Shown one piece after another: positions 45,809-58,689 of a DNA stretch of 64,000 nt. The number at the start of each line of letters is the position of its first letter. Position 1 is the first letter of the stretch. The position numbers were made by a program, and so were the translations under genes. Location of the stretch: the NCBI RefSeq assembly GCF_006345805.1, contig NC_042998.1, positions 174,406,001 through 174,470,000 of the forward strand, read 5' to 3'. This DNA is from Octopus sinensis. Lineage: Eukaryota. The notes under the pieces were generated by a model. The model made no database searches. It had not been told where the DNA came from and was given only the letters and a program-made list of their open reading frames with translations.

Positions 45809-48772
45809 TAATTACAGGGAATCACAGGAACTAGTGGGGAGAAGGCCATCAAGTTAGGTAATTAGACAGAAGTTATTTCAAAGTGGCTGTAAGTCAGGCT
45901 AGGTGAGTCATGGATGGTGTAATGCTGCCAAGACACAAGCCGAGCTTTGATCAACCAGGTTGGATGATATGGACCTCCTCAACCAAGAGGTAAACATTGG
46001 TTTGCGTAAAGCCAATACGCCTTCTTAGAAAAAAGTTACAGAAGTATGGATGACATTCAAAGCCAACAAGGAGAAGAAGGCATTCCGTCAGAAATACATA
46101 AAGTGACTTTGAAAGCAGCTGAGATCGACAACAGGGAAAAAGAAGTTGCTGGTGGCCTATGTTCTATACAGAACGAAGGGCTTAAATATGTTTTATGTTA
46201 CTGTAAATGAAATGTCACCTTAAATTAAACATGTCTTTATGTTAACATTTGAAGTTAATTCCTGATTTAAAAAAGTTTGAATCTCTCTCACAGGTAATTC
46301 TATAATATATTTTCAGAACTTCAGTTTATACGAAACACAACATAATTATATTGCAATAGTAAATGATTTCCTGTCAGATAGAATAGCGAAGGTTTTGTTT
46401 TTTTTTTTGTTTTTTTTTTTTTGACAGTTCAATAATGAATCACATATAAATATATTATAAGTAGATGTATTTCTTGCACAGAAACTTCAGAATGAGTCTC
46501 TTACAATCTGTCATCCTTAACACGATAATAGCGTTAAATCAAGCAGAGAATAAATTTTGACAAAAAGTTGAATATATGCTCTATCTTTATACATAGAAAC
46601 ACTTTCGATGACGTAATTTGTCAAATTTTGGATTCTGTCCAATCATAACAAGCTGAAGAGATTTACAAACTGTGAATATCGATAGTAGCATTTTAAATAT
46701 TGCAATAAAAGATATATGATTATATGAAATGACTAACATATACGATCATATAATATCACTGCTGCAATAGTGTAGAAGATTTTTAGTGAATATATATAAT
46801 TTAGGCAGAAACAAGAGTGTTACAGTTTTATGAAATCTTTTGAGATTTCAAGGAAGTTTTTTAAAAACTTGATGCACGTAAATTGATAAGTTGAGGTTTT
46901 GGAGTAACTTTAAATTTAAAGTAATGTAGTTTATAGTTTAAGGTGCCAATTTTCTAAACGTATTTTCAGGTTCCTGCTGAAACAGCAGTTATGGTAGAAA
47001 AAAATTAAAGAAGCTGATTAGTATTTTTTATATTATTTTATTTTTGCAGCTAAAAATATTGAGATGAATGAGAAATATTGATTTCTGTTAAAAACGTTTT
47101 CTACTGATTTGGATCTGTGAATACTTAAAAGATAAAATCATTCTTATATTGGCAAAATCAAATAGTGTTCAGTATGCTCCATCTTTTTATCCACAACCGT
47201 CACTCGAATCAGTTACCACTAATAATAGATTATTCCAGTTTTCACCAGTTTGTCGCAGATATTACTCATGGCAAGATTTGTACCAAGCAAAGCAACTATA
47301 GAAATTGTGTGAGTTACACAGCGTTGCTCCTGTTTTCAATGGTGAAATCTGTCTCTTCGTGATTAGTACACAAATGGGTAGACTCGGCCAGCAAGAATTA
47401 AGCTGAGCAGCAAGGACCAGCATATGATCAGCATAGTTAGTTCCTTAAAAACAGTGATAGACTGCAACTTCCAAACACATATATCGATTATAGATAATGG
47501 CCATTTGACGCATTTATGTGTACATATCTAGCCGCAGTCATTATGGACCTCGTGTATTATAATATATATCTTTGATGGCATTCACTAATCCAACAACTGC
47601 ATTAAATTTAGAAATGAGTATTATGTGTTTTACTTAAGTCCAGATCTTTGCACATCATTGTGCAAATACTTCGGACAATATAAATGCAAATATTATGGAC
47701 ATATTTCAATAGACAGTTATCTCCTATATTCTTTATGCTTGGTGAATTATAGTGTTGCACTTCTATAACAGTTTCGCATGTAGACGAGGAAAACTAAGTA
47801 TGTTTCTATCCATTTTTTCTTCTTTTCTTTTTTAATGTCAGTCAATTTAGAATATATTCTAGTTACTGTATTCGATATCTTGGTGTTTAAACTATTGATA
47901 TAATTGCTAGTCTGCTGAATTAAAAACATGGGGGTTTTAACAGCATACGACTGCTGTTATCCAAACGTTTTGCAAAGCTTAGTAAGGAAACAATGTGAGA
48001 ATTAGAGATGTTTTTGCATTGTTTGGTTGTCAAAATCATTTTCCATTGTGGTTGTGTACATTGCGCTAGGCTTTTGTAGAATGTAGCTCAGTCTCTCGTC
48101 TATGATTCGCAATCGATTATGCCAAATGGCGAACATATTAGGTGGGTGGAATGACAAATACAAAGCAAATGTAAGAAAGACGTACAACGAGTATATCAGT
48201 TGTAAACATATGAACATTGTGAGCATATGAATATATATTTGTGCGCGTTTGTGTGCCTGAAAGTCTGTGCAAATGTAAAACTGTTGCTTAACCAATGGAT
48301 CATAAATAAGGTGATGTATCTTGTGAATAAAATAGTCTCTGGAAAGTATAAAGACGCATGGAATATCAATGAAATCAATCATGGCTCAAAATAGAAAAGC
48401 TATTGAAAATGTTTAATGGATTGTCTGGCAAATAGCAATGTCACGTGTGAAACGATGTTTCATGTGTGATTGGGTGGAAATCTGTATAGTGAGATTAGAA
48501 ATATTTTTTTGAATAAGACGTTCGATCAACCACAAGAATCACATTTGAATGAGGTTCAATCGAAAAGTAACAAATCGATAAAACGAAACAAATCACTCTT
48601 AATTTCAAAAATATTGATCAGACTTCAGTGGTGTTTGATCCTGGTATCCACTGCTGTATTAATTTCAGCTCTTTTTTTTTATTGTCAAAAAGTAGGAACA
48701 CAAGCGAATCCTATAAGCCATAGAGACACAACAGAAAACTCTCTCTTCGTGTAGTATAAAATAAATAAATGC

Positions 48773-49017
48773 GCCCTTTTAAAGCCTATCCAGGCTCATA
48801 GGCCCGGTTCCTCGGTTTCTATGGCGTATGTGTTCCCTAGCTGGACGGGACGCCAGTCCATCGCAGCGTTACTCATTTTTGCCAGCTGAGTGGACTGGAG
48901 CAACGTGAAATGAAGTGTTTTGCTCAAGAACACAACGCGTCGCCCAGTCCAGGAATCGGAACCACAATTTTACGATCATGGTGCTGAAACCCTAACCACT
49001 AAAGCCACGCGCCTCCA
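48773..49017 (-). mobile_element. tRNA-derived SINE (head B with CORE-like segment + tail Z)
   Basis: Minus strand: gcgcgtggctttagtggttagg...cttgagcaaaacacttcatttcacgttgctccagtccactcagctggc...gcgatggactggcgtcccgtccag. Confidence 0.8.
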
Positions 49018-50351
49018 CCTTCGTGTAGTACAAATAAGTTTAATGCTAACATCTAAAATTGTAGGTAGGATTGACCACAGCATGCCAGATAACAAAACCG
49101 TCATCAGTTTTTCTGTGTTTCCGCTGCTTACCATCCTCTGCTACATACATAGAGCTAGATGCACTACTTCATTGAGAGAATTTGTATTCAACTAGCTTGG
49201 CAAGAAATCCCGGTTGAGCATACATATCCCCACGATGTATTGCGAGCTAAGTGAGGGGAAGTGGTTCAACTCAAATAGAACCTGCATCAGCTTCTGTGAG
49301 TGTCTTCATTATTCCATGGTGCTTACACAGTAGAGAAGCGAATATATAAAACAAAAATATGCGTGTTTACGTACGTGTGTCTATACACATTTAAAGTAAA
49401 ATTACCTACGTTTGTATGCATTCTGGGGGGGAAAGAACCATTCCCTCGAGACGGCCTAGACTAAAATTGTTTTACTATTAAACCAATAAATACAATCTTA
49501 ACCGACATAGACCACCATCACTTTACTTCAATTATGCTTTTTATCTAAATGTGTGTGTGTGTGCATGTATCTATGTGTGTGTGTAATGTAGCGTATGTTA
49601 GCGTGTATCCATGTGTTTGTATATGTATGCAGACACGAGTATTTTTTCTTTTATTTCTATTACACAAACATACATATTCATTTCGTTGCTTTTCAGTTTT
49701 ATATTAGGTAAACAATGCTTGTTTACAGAAAAAAATGTTTCTGTATTCTTTGATTATGAAATCGGAATATTATTTCTAATTTAACCAGCTACATTTTTCT
49801 CAAACCAATTTTATTACAGTTTTTTTTTTTTTTTTAATTTTTATATTATTTTTGTATTACTACCATAAGAGAAGACGATTCAAAGCAACAGAAAACTTTG
49901 GTTAAGTTTATTTGTGTTCAAAATGTATCCGAGAAAAACCTCTTGAAAGCTCAATGCTATCCTTTTGATAAACATTTTATGGTGAATATGAAATCAATAT
50001 CTATTTATAATATGTATTTCAAGTAGTAGTCCAATACAACAGCAGATCTCATACATAAAATAAAAACAATATATTTTGTGTAACGGACGAACAGCAAAAA
50101 TTCTTTCCTACTGTTATTGGTATTTATACTTACATATAAATGTATGAATAACGATAATACCAGTATGATAATTGTAACTGAACCAGGATTTGTTTTCTCA
50201 GAATATTTTCAATCTTTCAACTCGTAAAATAATTTTATGGTCTCCAAAGTTTATTGTAAAGAAAGAAAAAAGACAGACAGACAGACAGATAGATAGATAG
50301 ATAAAATCTTGTAGGTCGTTTTTATTTCCTCAATGAGCTCGTTTAACGAAG

Positions 50352-50710
50352 TAGCCAGTTTCGACGACGAGGGTTCCAGTTGATCCGATCAACGGATCAG
50401 CCTTCTCGTGAAATTAACGTGCAAGTGGCTAAGAACTTCCACGGACACGTATACCCTTAAGGTAGTTCTCGGAGAGATTCAGCGTGACACAGACTCTTAC
50501 AAGGCTGGCCCTTTGAAATACAGGTAGAACAAAAACAGGAAGAAGAAGTGAAAGAATACAGCAAGGTTCGCCACCACCTCCTGCCGGAGTCTCGCAGAGC
50601 TTTAAGTATTTTCGCTCAATAAACACTCACAACGCCCGGTCTGGGAATCGAAATCGCGATCCTATGACCGCGAGTCCGCTTTCCTAACCACTGGGCTATT
50701 GTGCCTTCAC
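50352..50710 (-). mobile_element. tRNA-derived SINE (head A + tail Y)
   Basis: Head as at 44694; tail ggccagccttg...gccacttgcacgttaatttcacgag as at 59890. Confidence 0.8.
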
Positions 50711-51143
50711 CTATAAAGACAATAATAGTTATTTTAATGTAATAAGTGACGAGTTGAGGTTTATAGACTTCTAAAGAATTGTATGATGTCCAGATAACGT
50801 GTCGGGTCATTCTGCCAGTAGTTTCGTCTACTGTATATTTGGATAATGCACTACTTTATACCTGTTCAATTCATCTGTCTGTAAGAAGAGGAGTTGATGA
50901 ACTAGCTGCTGTAATATAACGTGTTGCTTGGCTGTTGACAAAACTGAGATCAAATCCTTTCACACAAAAATATAACCCTTACACACCCAACAGCATATTT
51001 CCCACTCCCGATGTATATGTCTAGCTTCATCTTATGACAAGTAGCAGCCAAATTTTTCTGAAATCGAGGGACCACGCAGAGGTTTCCTCCTTGTTTAAAT
51101 CATAAATATGTTGATATGGAATGTGTCAGTATATATGTTTATT

Positions 51144-51356
51144 GAGGCGGTGAGATGGCAGAAATGTTAGCACGCCGAGCGAAATACTTAGCGGTATTTC
51201 GTCTGTCTTTACGTTCTGAGTTCAAATTCTGCCGAGGTCGACTTTGCCTTTTATCCTATCGGGGTCGATAAATTAAGTACCAGTTGCGTACTGGGATCGA
51301 TCTAATCGACTGGCCTACTCCCCAAAAATTTCGGGTCTTGTACCTAGAGTAGAAAA
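51144..51356 (+). mobile_element. Full-length family M SINE (type-1 tail) with 15-bp TSD
   Basis: gtatatatgtttatt (51129-51143) / gtgtatatgtttatt (51357-51371), one mismatch. Confidence 0.92.
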
Positions 51357-51419
51357 GTGTATATGTTTATTCGTAAGCATACATTCACAAGTGTACATGC
51401 GCATTAGGTCGGAAAGAAA

Positions 51420-52330
51420 GCTCTATCACATTTTTGAAGTCAAGCAGTATTATCCAATGGAGCCATCTCCTAGGAAATGATTATACCGAGTGGAATTCTA
51501 CAAGGTACTGTCCTGAGGCCACTATGAATTATAGTGACTCTCTCTTATGCCCTCAGCTGTACAGAGAGCATCCTTCACTAACTATGCAAACCATACAGAA
51601 GTATCTCAGGTAAAAGAACCCTGGAGATGCTACGCGCAAGCCAAATAGCTTAAATGCTATCTATAAGCCGACAGGAGAAAACAACATGCAATTTAATGCT
51701 TACAAACCTAAAGCCATCAGCTATCAGCACAAAACGTTAAATGTAATGCAGGCAAAATATACTGGACTTGGATGAATTGCATTGCCAGAGTTATAATCAC
51801 TACGTAGCCTGGGCATTGACGGAGTAATGATGCATTTTCTTTTTCATGTGCATATTACTAAAAAGATAATGAAGTGTAGACGGCTGGCCAGATCAATTCT
51901 TAGATCTTTCATAATATGATGATGAAGAAACTATGATGAAACTCTGGGGGACATTTGTCTTCAGACCTCTAGATTATTGCTTCCGAACTCTGGACACAAC
52001 GTACTTTGAAATTAATGGTAAGGCCTGAAGCAATCCATCGCTGCTACAGGAAGGAGGTTGTCTCAGATCAGCGACGAGGAAAAGCTGAAAAATGTCTATT
52101 CGCTAGAGTGAAGTCTGAAAAAAATATATAATAACATATGTCTGGAAAATCATGGAAGTGCTTACTTCAAACTCTGGCTATGAAAGCTATACTAATCTTC
52201 GAATAGGGTGCTACTGCACGGTGCCAAAGATCTTTGAAAGCTACCATAGTCAGAGTAATGTCCAAAATGAACCAGGACCACTTGATTCGAGCATGTAGAT
52301 TATTTAGTTCTCATATAGAAGCAGTTGTTG
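51420..52330 (+). pseudogene. Old CR1/L2-type RT fragment
   Basis: SGILQGTVLRPL...NYANHT (degenerate QG..LGP / YADD), later YSLE...YVWKIME; same family as 39182. Confidence 0.7.
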
Positions 52331-52489
52331 AAGCTGAAGATGACTTTATTGAATAACATTATATTATGGTTTATTTTTATCCTCATACCATTTTTTGATA
52401 AATAAAGTTATGTTATTACATATCTGTTTTCCTATAAACATAAATCTGTACTGAAATATCTTACGCACCCTCCATATGTATATGCATAT

Positions 52490-52491
52490 GC

Positions 52492-52550
<59 letters not shown>

Positions 52551-52564
52551 GCATATGCGTATAT

Positions 52565-52595
<31 letters not shown>

Positions 52596-52636
52596 GTATA
52601 TATATGCATATGCGTATATATATATATATATATATA
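52490..52636. repeat. (TA)n microsatellite
   Basis: Direct reading. Confidence 0.95.
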
Positions 52637-52664
52637 TATGAAAAATTAAATAAATAACAGACTT

Positions 52665-52742
52665 AAATGCATACCTCGGTTTCGGTCTTAACAAAAGAAT
52701 TACTTGCATAATTCAAGTGTCCGTGACTTCTTCAGTACATTC
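52665..52742 (-). ncRNA. Predicted type I hammerhead ribozyme (copy 1)
   Basis: Reverse complement of the motif described at 53619-53696. Confidence 0.75.
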
Positions 52743-53210
52743 GGTCCTCGAGATGCGAACTGAAAGACTAACCCCAGCTCTCTGTGTCAAGACAGACACG
52801 TGCTTAGTCTTACTGATTACATCGGGAATAAAATTTCAAATGTCTTGGCTCTGGCGCGCTGAGAGACTCCTGAAGCGAAGGGCTGCAGTGAATAATTCAC
52901 TGCGGATAGTGCTTACAACTAGGGAACGTATTTATTTAAATATTTAAAAATTGAGGGAAATAAATTAATATTAATTTTAATATCAATTTAAAACCAGTAG
53001 TCCAGCATTCAAAAAATCTGAGGAGTCAGAGAAAATTCAAATATATGTGTATATTGGCAGGGCTGGCCTGCTAGGTAGCCGGCCAGAATGCTAGAAGAAG
53101 ATCATCAACGATCAAACTACAAGGGAAATTCTCTAGAGGAAGAATTCAGCGAACACCAGAACCAACTTTGGCGGGCAGGACATATGAAAAATTAAATAAA
53201 TAACAGACTT

Positions 53211-53288
53211 AACTGCATACCTCGGTTTCGGTCTTAACAAAAGAATTACTTGCATAATTCAAGTGTCCGTGACTTCTTCAGTACATTC
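53211..53288 (-). ncRNA. Predicted type I hammerhead ribozyme (copy 2, one stem I mismatch)
   Basis: As above; the stem I 3' strand reads UGCAGUU. Confidence 0.65.
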
Positions 53289-53618
53289 GGTCTTCGAGAT
53301 GCAAACCGCAAGACTAACCCCAGATTTTAGTATGACTCCTCAGATTTTTTGAATGCTGGACTACTGGTTTTAAATTGATATTAAAATTAATATTAATTTA
53401 TCTCCCTCAATTTTTAAATATTTAAATAAATACGTTCCCTAGTTGTAAGCTCTATCCGCAGTGAATTATTCACTGCAGCCCTTCGCTTCAGGAGTCTCTC
53501 AGCGCGCCAGAGCCAAGACATTTGAAATTTTATTCCCGATGTAATCAGTAAGACTAAGCACGTGTCTGTCTTGACACAGAGAGCTGTGGTTAGTCTTGCG
53601 GTTTGCATCTCGAGGACC

Positions 53619-53696
53619 GAATGTACTGAAGAAGTCACGGACACTTGAATTATGCAAGTAATTCTTTTGTTAAGACCGAAACCGAGGTATGCATTT
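53619..53696 (+). ncRNA. Predicted type I hammerhead ribozyme (copy 3)
   Basis: Stem I GAAUGUA/UGCAUUU; core CUGAAGA and GAAA; stem II AGUC...GACC with internal GAAUUAU-GCAA-GUAAUUC hairpin; stem III AC-CGAG-GU; GUA cleavage triplet at 53687-53689. Confidence 0.78.
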
Positions 53697-54161
53697 AAGT
53701 CTGTTATTTATTTAATTTTTCATATGTTGCCCGCCAAAGTTGGTTCTGGTGTTCGCTGAATTCTTCCTCTAGAGAATTTCCCTTGTAGTTTGATCGTTGA
53801 TGATCTTCTTCTAGCATTCTGGCCGGCTACCTAGCAGGCCAGCCCTGCCAATATACACATATATTTGAATTTTCTCTGACTCCTCAGATTTTTTGAATGC
53901 TGGACTACTGGTTTTAAATTGATATTAAATTAATATTAATTTATCTCCCTCAATTTTTAAATATTTAAATAAATACGTTCCCTAGTTGTAAGCTCTATCC
54001 GCAGTGAATTATTCACTGCAGCCCTTCGCTTCAGGAGTCTCTCAGCGCGCCAGAGCCAAGACATTTGAAATTTTATTCCCGATGTAATCAGTAAGACTAA
54101 GCACGTGTCTGTCTTGACACAGAGAGCTGGGGTTAGTCTTTCAGTTTGCATCTCGAGGACC

Positions 54162-54239
54162 GAATGTACTGAAGAAGTCACGGACACTTGAATTATGCAA
54201 GTAATTCTTTTGTTAAGACCGAAACCGAGGTATGCATTT
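54162..54239 (+). ncRNA. Predicted type I hammerhead ribozyme (copy 4)
   Basis: Identical motif; GUA at 54230-54232. Confidence 0.78.
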
Positions 54240-54706
54240 AAGTCTGTTATTTATTTAATTTTTCATATGTCCTGCCCGCCAAAGTTGGTTCTGTGTTCGC
54301 TGAATTCTTCCTCTAGAGAATTTCCCTTGTAGTTTGATCGTTGATGATCTTCTTCTAGCATTCTGGCCGGCTACCTAGCAGGCTAGCCCTGCCAATATAC
54401 ACATATATTTGAATTTTCTCTGACTCCTCAGATTTTTTGAATGCTGGACTACTGGTTTTAAATTGATATTAAAATTAATATTAATTTATCTCCCTCAATT
54501 TTTAAATATTTAAATAAATACGTTCCCTAGTTGTAAGCTCTATCCGCAGTGAATTATTCACTGCAGCCCTTCGCTTCAGGAGTCTCTCAGCGCGCCAGAG
54601 CCAAGACATTTGAAATTTTATTCCCGATGTAATCAGTAAGACTAAGCACGTGTCTGTCTTGACACAGAGAGCTGTGGTTAGTCTTTCGGTTTGCATCTCG
54701 AGGACC

Positions 54707-54784
54707 GAATGTACTGAAGAAGTCACGGACACTTGAATTATGCAAGTAATTCTTTTGTTAAGACCGAAACCGAGGTATGCATTT
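54707..54784 (+). ncRNA. Predicted type I hammerhead ribozyme (copy 5)
   Basis: Identical motif; GUA at 54775-54777. Confidence 0.78.
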
Positions 54785-55249
54785 AAGTCTGTTATTTATT
54801 TAATTTTTCATATGTTGCCCGCCAAAGTTGGTTCTGGTGTTCGCTGAATTCTTCCTCTAGAGAATTTCCCTTGTAGTTTGATCGTTGATGATCTTCTTCT
54901 AGCATTCTGGCCGGCTACCTAGCAGGCCAGCCCTGCCAATATACACATATATTTGAATTTTCTCTGACTCCTCAGATTTTTTGAATGCTGGACTACTGGT
55001 TTTAAATTGATATTAAATTAATATTAATTTATCTCCCTCAATTTTTAAATATTTAAATAAATACGTTCCCTAGTTGTAAGCTCTATCCGCAGTGAATTAT
55101 TCACTGCAGCCCTTCGCTTCAGGAGTCTCTCAGCGCGCCAGAGCCAAGACATTTGAAATTTTATTCCCGATGTAATCAGTAAGACTAAGCACGTGTCTGT
55201 CTTGACACAGAGAGCTGGGGTTAGTCTTTCAGTTTGCATCTCGAGGACC

Positions 55250-55327
55250 GAATGTACTGAAGAAGTCACGGACACTTGAATTATGCAAGTAATTCTTTTG
55301 TTAAGACCGAAACCGAGGTATGCATTT
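55250..55327 (+). ncRNA. Predicted type I hammerhead ribozyme (copy 6)
   Basis: Identical motif; GUA at 55318-55320. Confidence 0.78.
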
Positions 55328-55594
55328 AAGTCTGTTATTTATTTAATTTTTCATATGTCCTGCCCGCCAAAGTTGGTTCTGGTGTTCGCTGAATTCTTCC
55401 TCTAGAGAATTTCCCTTGTAGTTTGATCGTTGATGATCTTCTTCTAGCATTCTGGCCGGCTACCTAGCAGGCTAGCCCTGCCAATATACACATATATTTG
55501 AATTTTCTCTGACTCCTCAGATTTTTTGAATGCTGGACTACTGGTTTTAAATTGATATTAAAATTAATATTAATTTATCTCCCTCAATTTTTAA

Positions 55595-55626
<32 letters not shown>

Positions 55627-55954
55627 TATAATCAATAATAATAATATAATATATACTAATATAATAATATATAATCAATAATATATATATTATCAATAAT
55701 AATAGAGTGTAAAATTAATTAATTAATTAATTAATTAATTAATTAATTAATAATTAATAATTCCACCAAGTAGTATTCGGCATGTTAAAAGGACCATTTT
55801 CGGTAAACTTAAACAATATTTTATAATTATGAGTATAATTATAATTGGGGTTCAGCAAAAATTTGCTTCACCACATACCGAACATTAGAAATAGCAGCCA
55901 ACGGGAGTTGTTTTGAGTATATGTTATTCGGGAGTTTCTTCTTATAGTAGAAGA

Positions 55955-56148
55955 AATAGCTAAGTAGATCTTTTCTTTTTAGGGAGAAAAAAAAGAAAAA
56001 TAAGGGGTAGGTTTTCGATCAAAAGGGATCGTAAAAAAAACGATCAATAGGGATCGTGTATCACAGAAATGTCATGATGTAAAGTGTAAAGGGAGAAACA
56101 GATAAGGTTTAACAGTGGAAAGAAAAGCCTATGGAAAAGACCAGGTAC
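55955..56148 (-). mobile_element. 3' UTR fragment of the L1/Tx1-like LINE
   Basis: ttttcgatcaaaagggatcgtaaaa...gatcaatagggatcgtgta matches 35093-35240. Confidence 0.8.
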
Positions 56149-56181
56149 CTTCGCAGCGCCCTGCCTCTCTTGTCGAGAGTC

Positions 56182-56274
<93 letters not shown>

Positions 56275-56275
56275 T
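56182..56275. repeat. (GATA)n microsatellite
   Basis: Direct reading. Confidence 0.95.
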
Positions 56276-58689
56276 ACATGCGTGTGTGCGTTTATGTGTT
56301 TATTGCAGCATTGCCGGTTAATAGAAAACCATGTATGCTTGGAGGAGAAGAAATAGGGTCAAATATATTTCTCTAATCAAACTATATTGTTACATTTTTT
56401 TGTGTTTTATTTTTCTCAGTCAGTGCAGTTTTTTTTTTAATTAATATTTGTCCTATACATCAACATTCGCATTTCTTTCCATTTTCCCGCTCATCAATCA
56501 CTATTTTGTTGGACTCCCAATAGTCTTAGAGTAATTGTTTGAGACAGCTTGTGTAAATTTTATACGCCATATTTAAGGTAGCAACGTGCTTGTAGTTTTC
56601 TGCCAAGTGGATGTTTTCATTCTTAGCAACAAGATTTCTTCGTTCTATGACAAGCCAATTTGATATGTCAATTTGAGCTAACATAATTCTTTTAAATATA
56701 CGTGAATGATTTTCTGTGAAACATCAACATCTTACACAAATATCCAATTATTGAGACTCTTCCTGATGCCTCTTCATTGTGCAGCTTTCCATAGCATATG
56801 AATATATTTGTATGTATGAATGCATCAATATATGTATGTGTGTATATATGCACGTATGAGTGTGTGCAAGTATGATGCATGTATGAATGTGTGTAAGTAT
56901 TATGCATGTATGCAATTATGCATATATACTTTATGAAGCAAAATTTCTCGGTAGGGAGCTAATGACCCGCTAAACATTAACAGGTATGTTTACTATAGGG
57001 CTTCACATTTAGCAAAGAAGATAAGATAGCCACTACGATCAAAAGAGCGGCAGTTCGTATCCTGTCAACGTCGCTAAACTGTGTTCGTAACAAAGATGAT
57101 TAAGAACTGAAACAAGTCTCGATTCATCCAATTAAAAACAGTTTAACTGAATGATACAACTAACAGTTATCGTTGTTATCATTATTTAGCTCCATGTCGG
57201 CGCTGATTGAGCGGGCCTATGGACATCCTGTATTTTTTAAGGCTATTGATTTCCAGGACTACGTTAACCTGAATATACACGTCTACCTCTTTTTAAACCG
57301 GCAGGGACATTTGCCTTCTACGTCTTCCTATACAGCGACAGGATAGAGGCTCTCTTCGACTAGTAGATGCTGTTATAGAAAGAAATGTTATCAATGGAAG
57401 TGCTGTTGAGGGAAGATGCAACTACTGTCGGGGTTTTACCAACGCAAAGTTCTCAACTTTGCACTTTTAAATAATAAAACATTCTGTATGTATACAATGC
57501 AACATTAAATTGCAAACATCATTTGTAGGAACCAACGAGAGAGCCTCTACGCAGATGGGGATAATACCAAGATACAGGCTCCTCCGAATCAGACACTCTC
57601 TTTTCAGAGCTCACCAAATTGACAGTTCATCCCATTCACAAAAGGTGTTTTCGTTGTGTAATGCAGAACTGTCCATGCCAAGCTTCGACATTTTCAGAAC
57701 AGATGAACGCTACCTAAAATACTTGATAGAGTAGTGATTTTTAATATTCTTATCTATAATACTCATATAAAGCTACCAAAAGTGCACCTAGATAGTTTTT
57801 ATTTTCAATGCCAGAAAATACTAGTTTTAAACAATTTTCTGCAAATACGTATCTTATAGAATGTGGCATATATTTAGGACAGTATTCATAAAAGGATGAT
57901 TTATTACACAGAAGTGCAAAAATGGATTCCGTACAGGATTTTGTAACAATTTGTGTACGACCCACATCATTTCGCCCCAATTCCAATTGACCCGTAATAG
58001 TAGATTATTTAACCCTTTCACTGCACAGGGTATTTCCGACTAGCAGATCAACATCGAATTCAATTTCAGTGTCCCCAAAACACAAACACCAAGCAGAAAT
58101 ATTAGTGTCAATTCGGTGGGGAATTTTCTTAAGCGACAAAACTTCAGCAAAAATTTTTCTATAAATATATTAATCTCAAATTTTTAACTTAAATTTCTCA
58201 AGCTTCGGTGGCAATAAAGGTCTCTGAAGACATTCTCCATCTCATCTATCAATACATTGAGAATATGACATTCCGGATGTTTAACATTCTGTACAATGGC
58301 TTAGAATTCCGAAGAAAATGCTTCCGCTACTTCAGTTATATTAAGATAAGATAGTACAATACTTATGATCTACAAATCAGACATTACTCACTGTAAATGC
58401 GTCATTTTGACTTCCTTTATCATTCAGTTCATCAAAAATGCGTTGACTCAAAGGAATATCACTTTTTTTTTAATTTCTGGTTCAAGCCGTCCGCCGATAG
58501 TATCAATAGCTTTTCCATTTGTTCCAATAATTTACATGAGAGTAAATCATTTGTATCGCACTTATTATATAGCTTGCTTCATTGAGCTGTTTTTAATTTC
58601 TCTGCATACTTAATGATCATGCTAAAATCGAAGCAATTTGTGCTGATGGGAGGCAAATACACAGGTGTTATGTATATGTGTGTGTACAT

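Larger units (their letters stand above)
52636..55597. repeat. ~544-bp satellite: 1.3 units in one orientation (52636-53323), then 4.2 units inverted (53334-55597)
   Basis: Anchor gactcctcag recurs at 53334, 53878, 54422, 54966 and 55511; flanked by (TA)n on both sides. Confidence 0.97.

Noticed and set aside
45829-45868. Collagen-like GITGTSGEK mini-exon
   Set aside because: Only three Gly-X-Y triplets, no supporting exons, and the adjacent sequence looks like a decayed LINE end.
52717-55275. Five copies of a 76-aa ORF MSVTSSVHSVLE...
   Set aside because: GTG start, antisense to the hammerhead, no recognisable domain; it recurs only because the satellite does.
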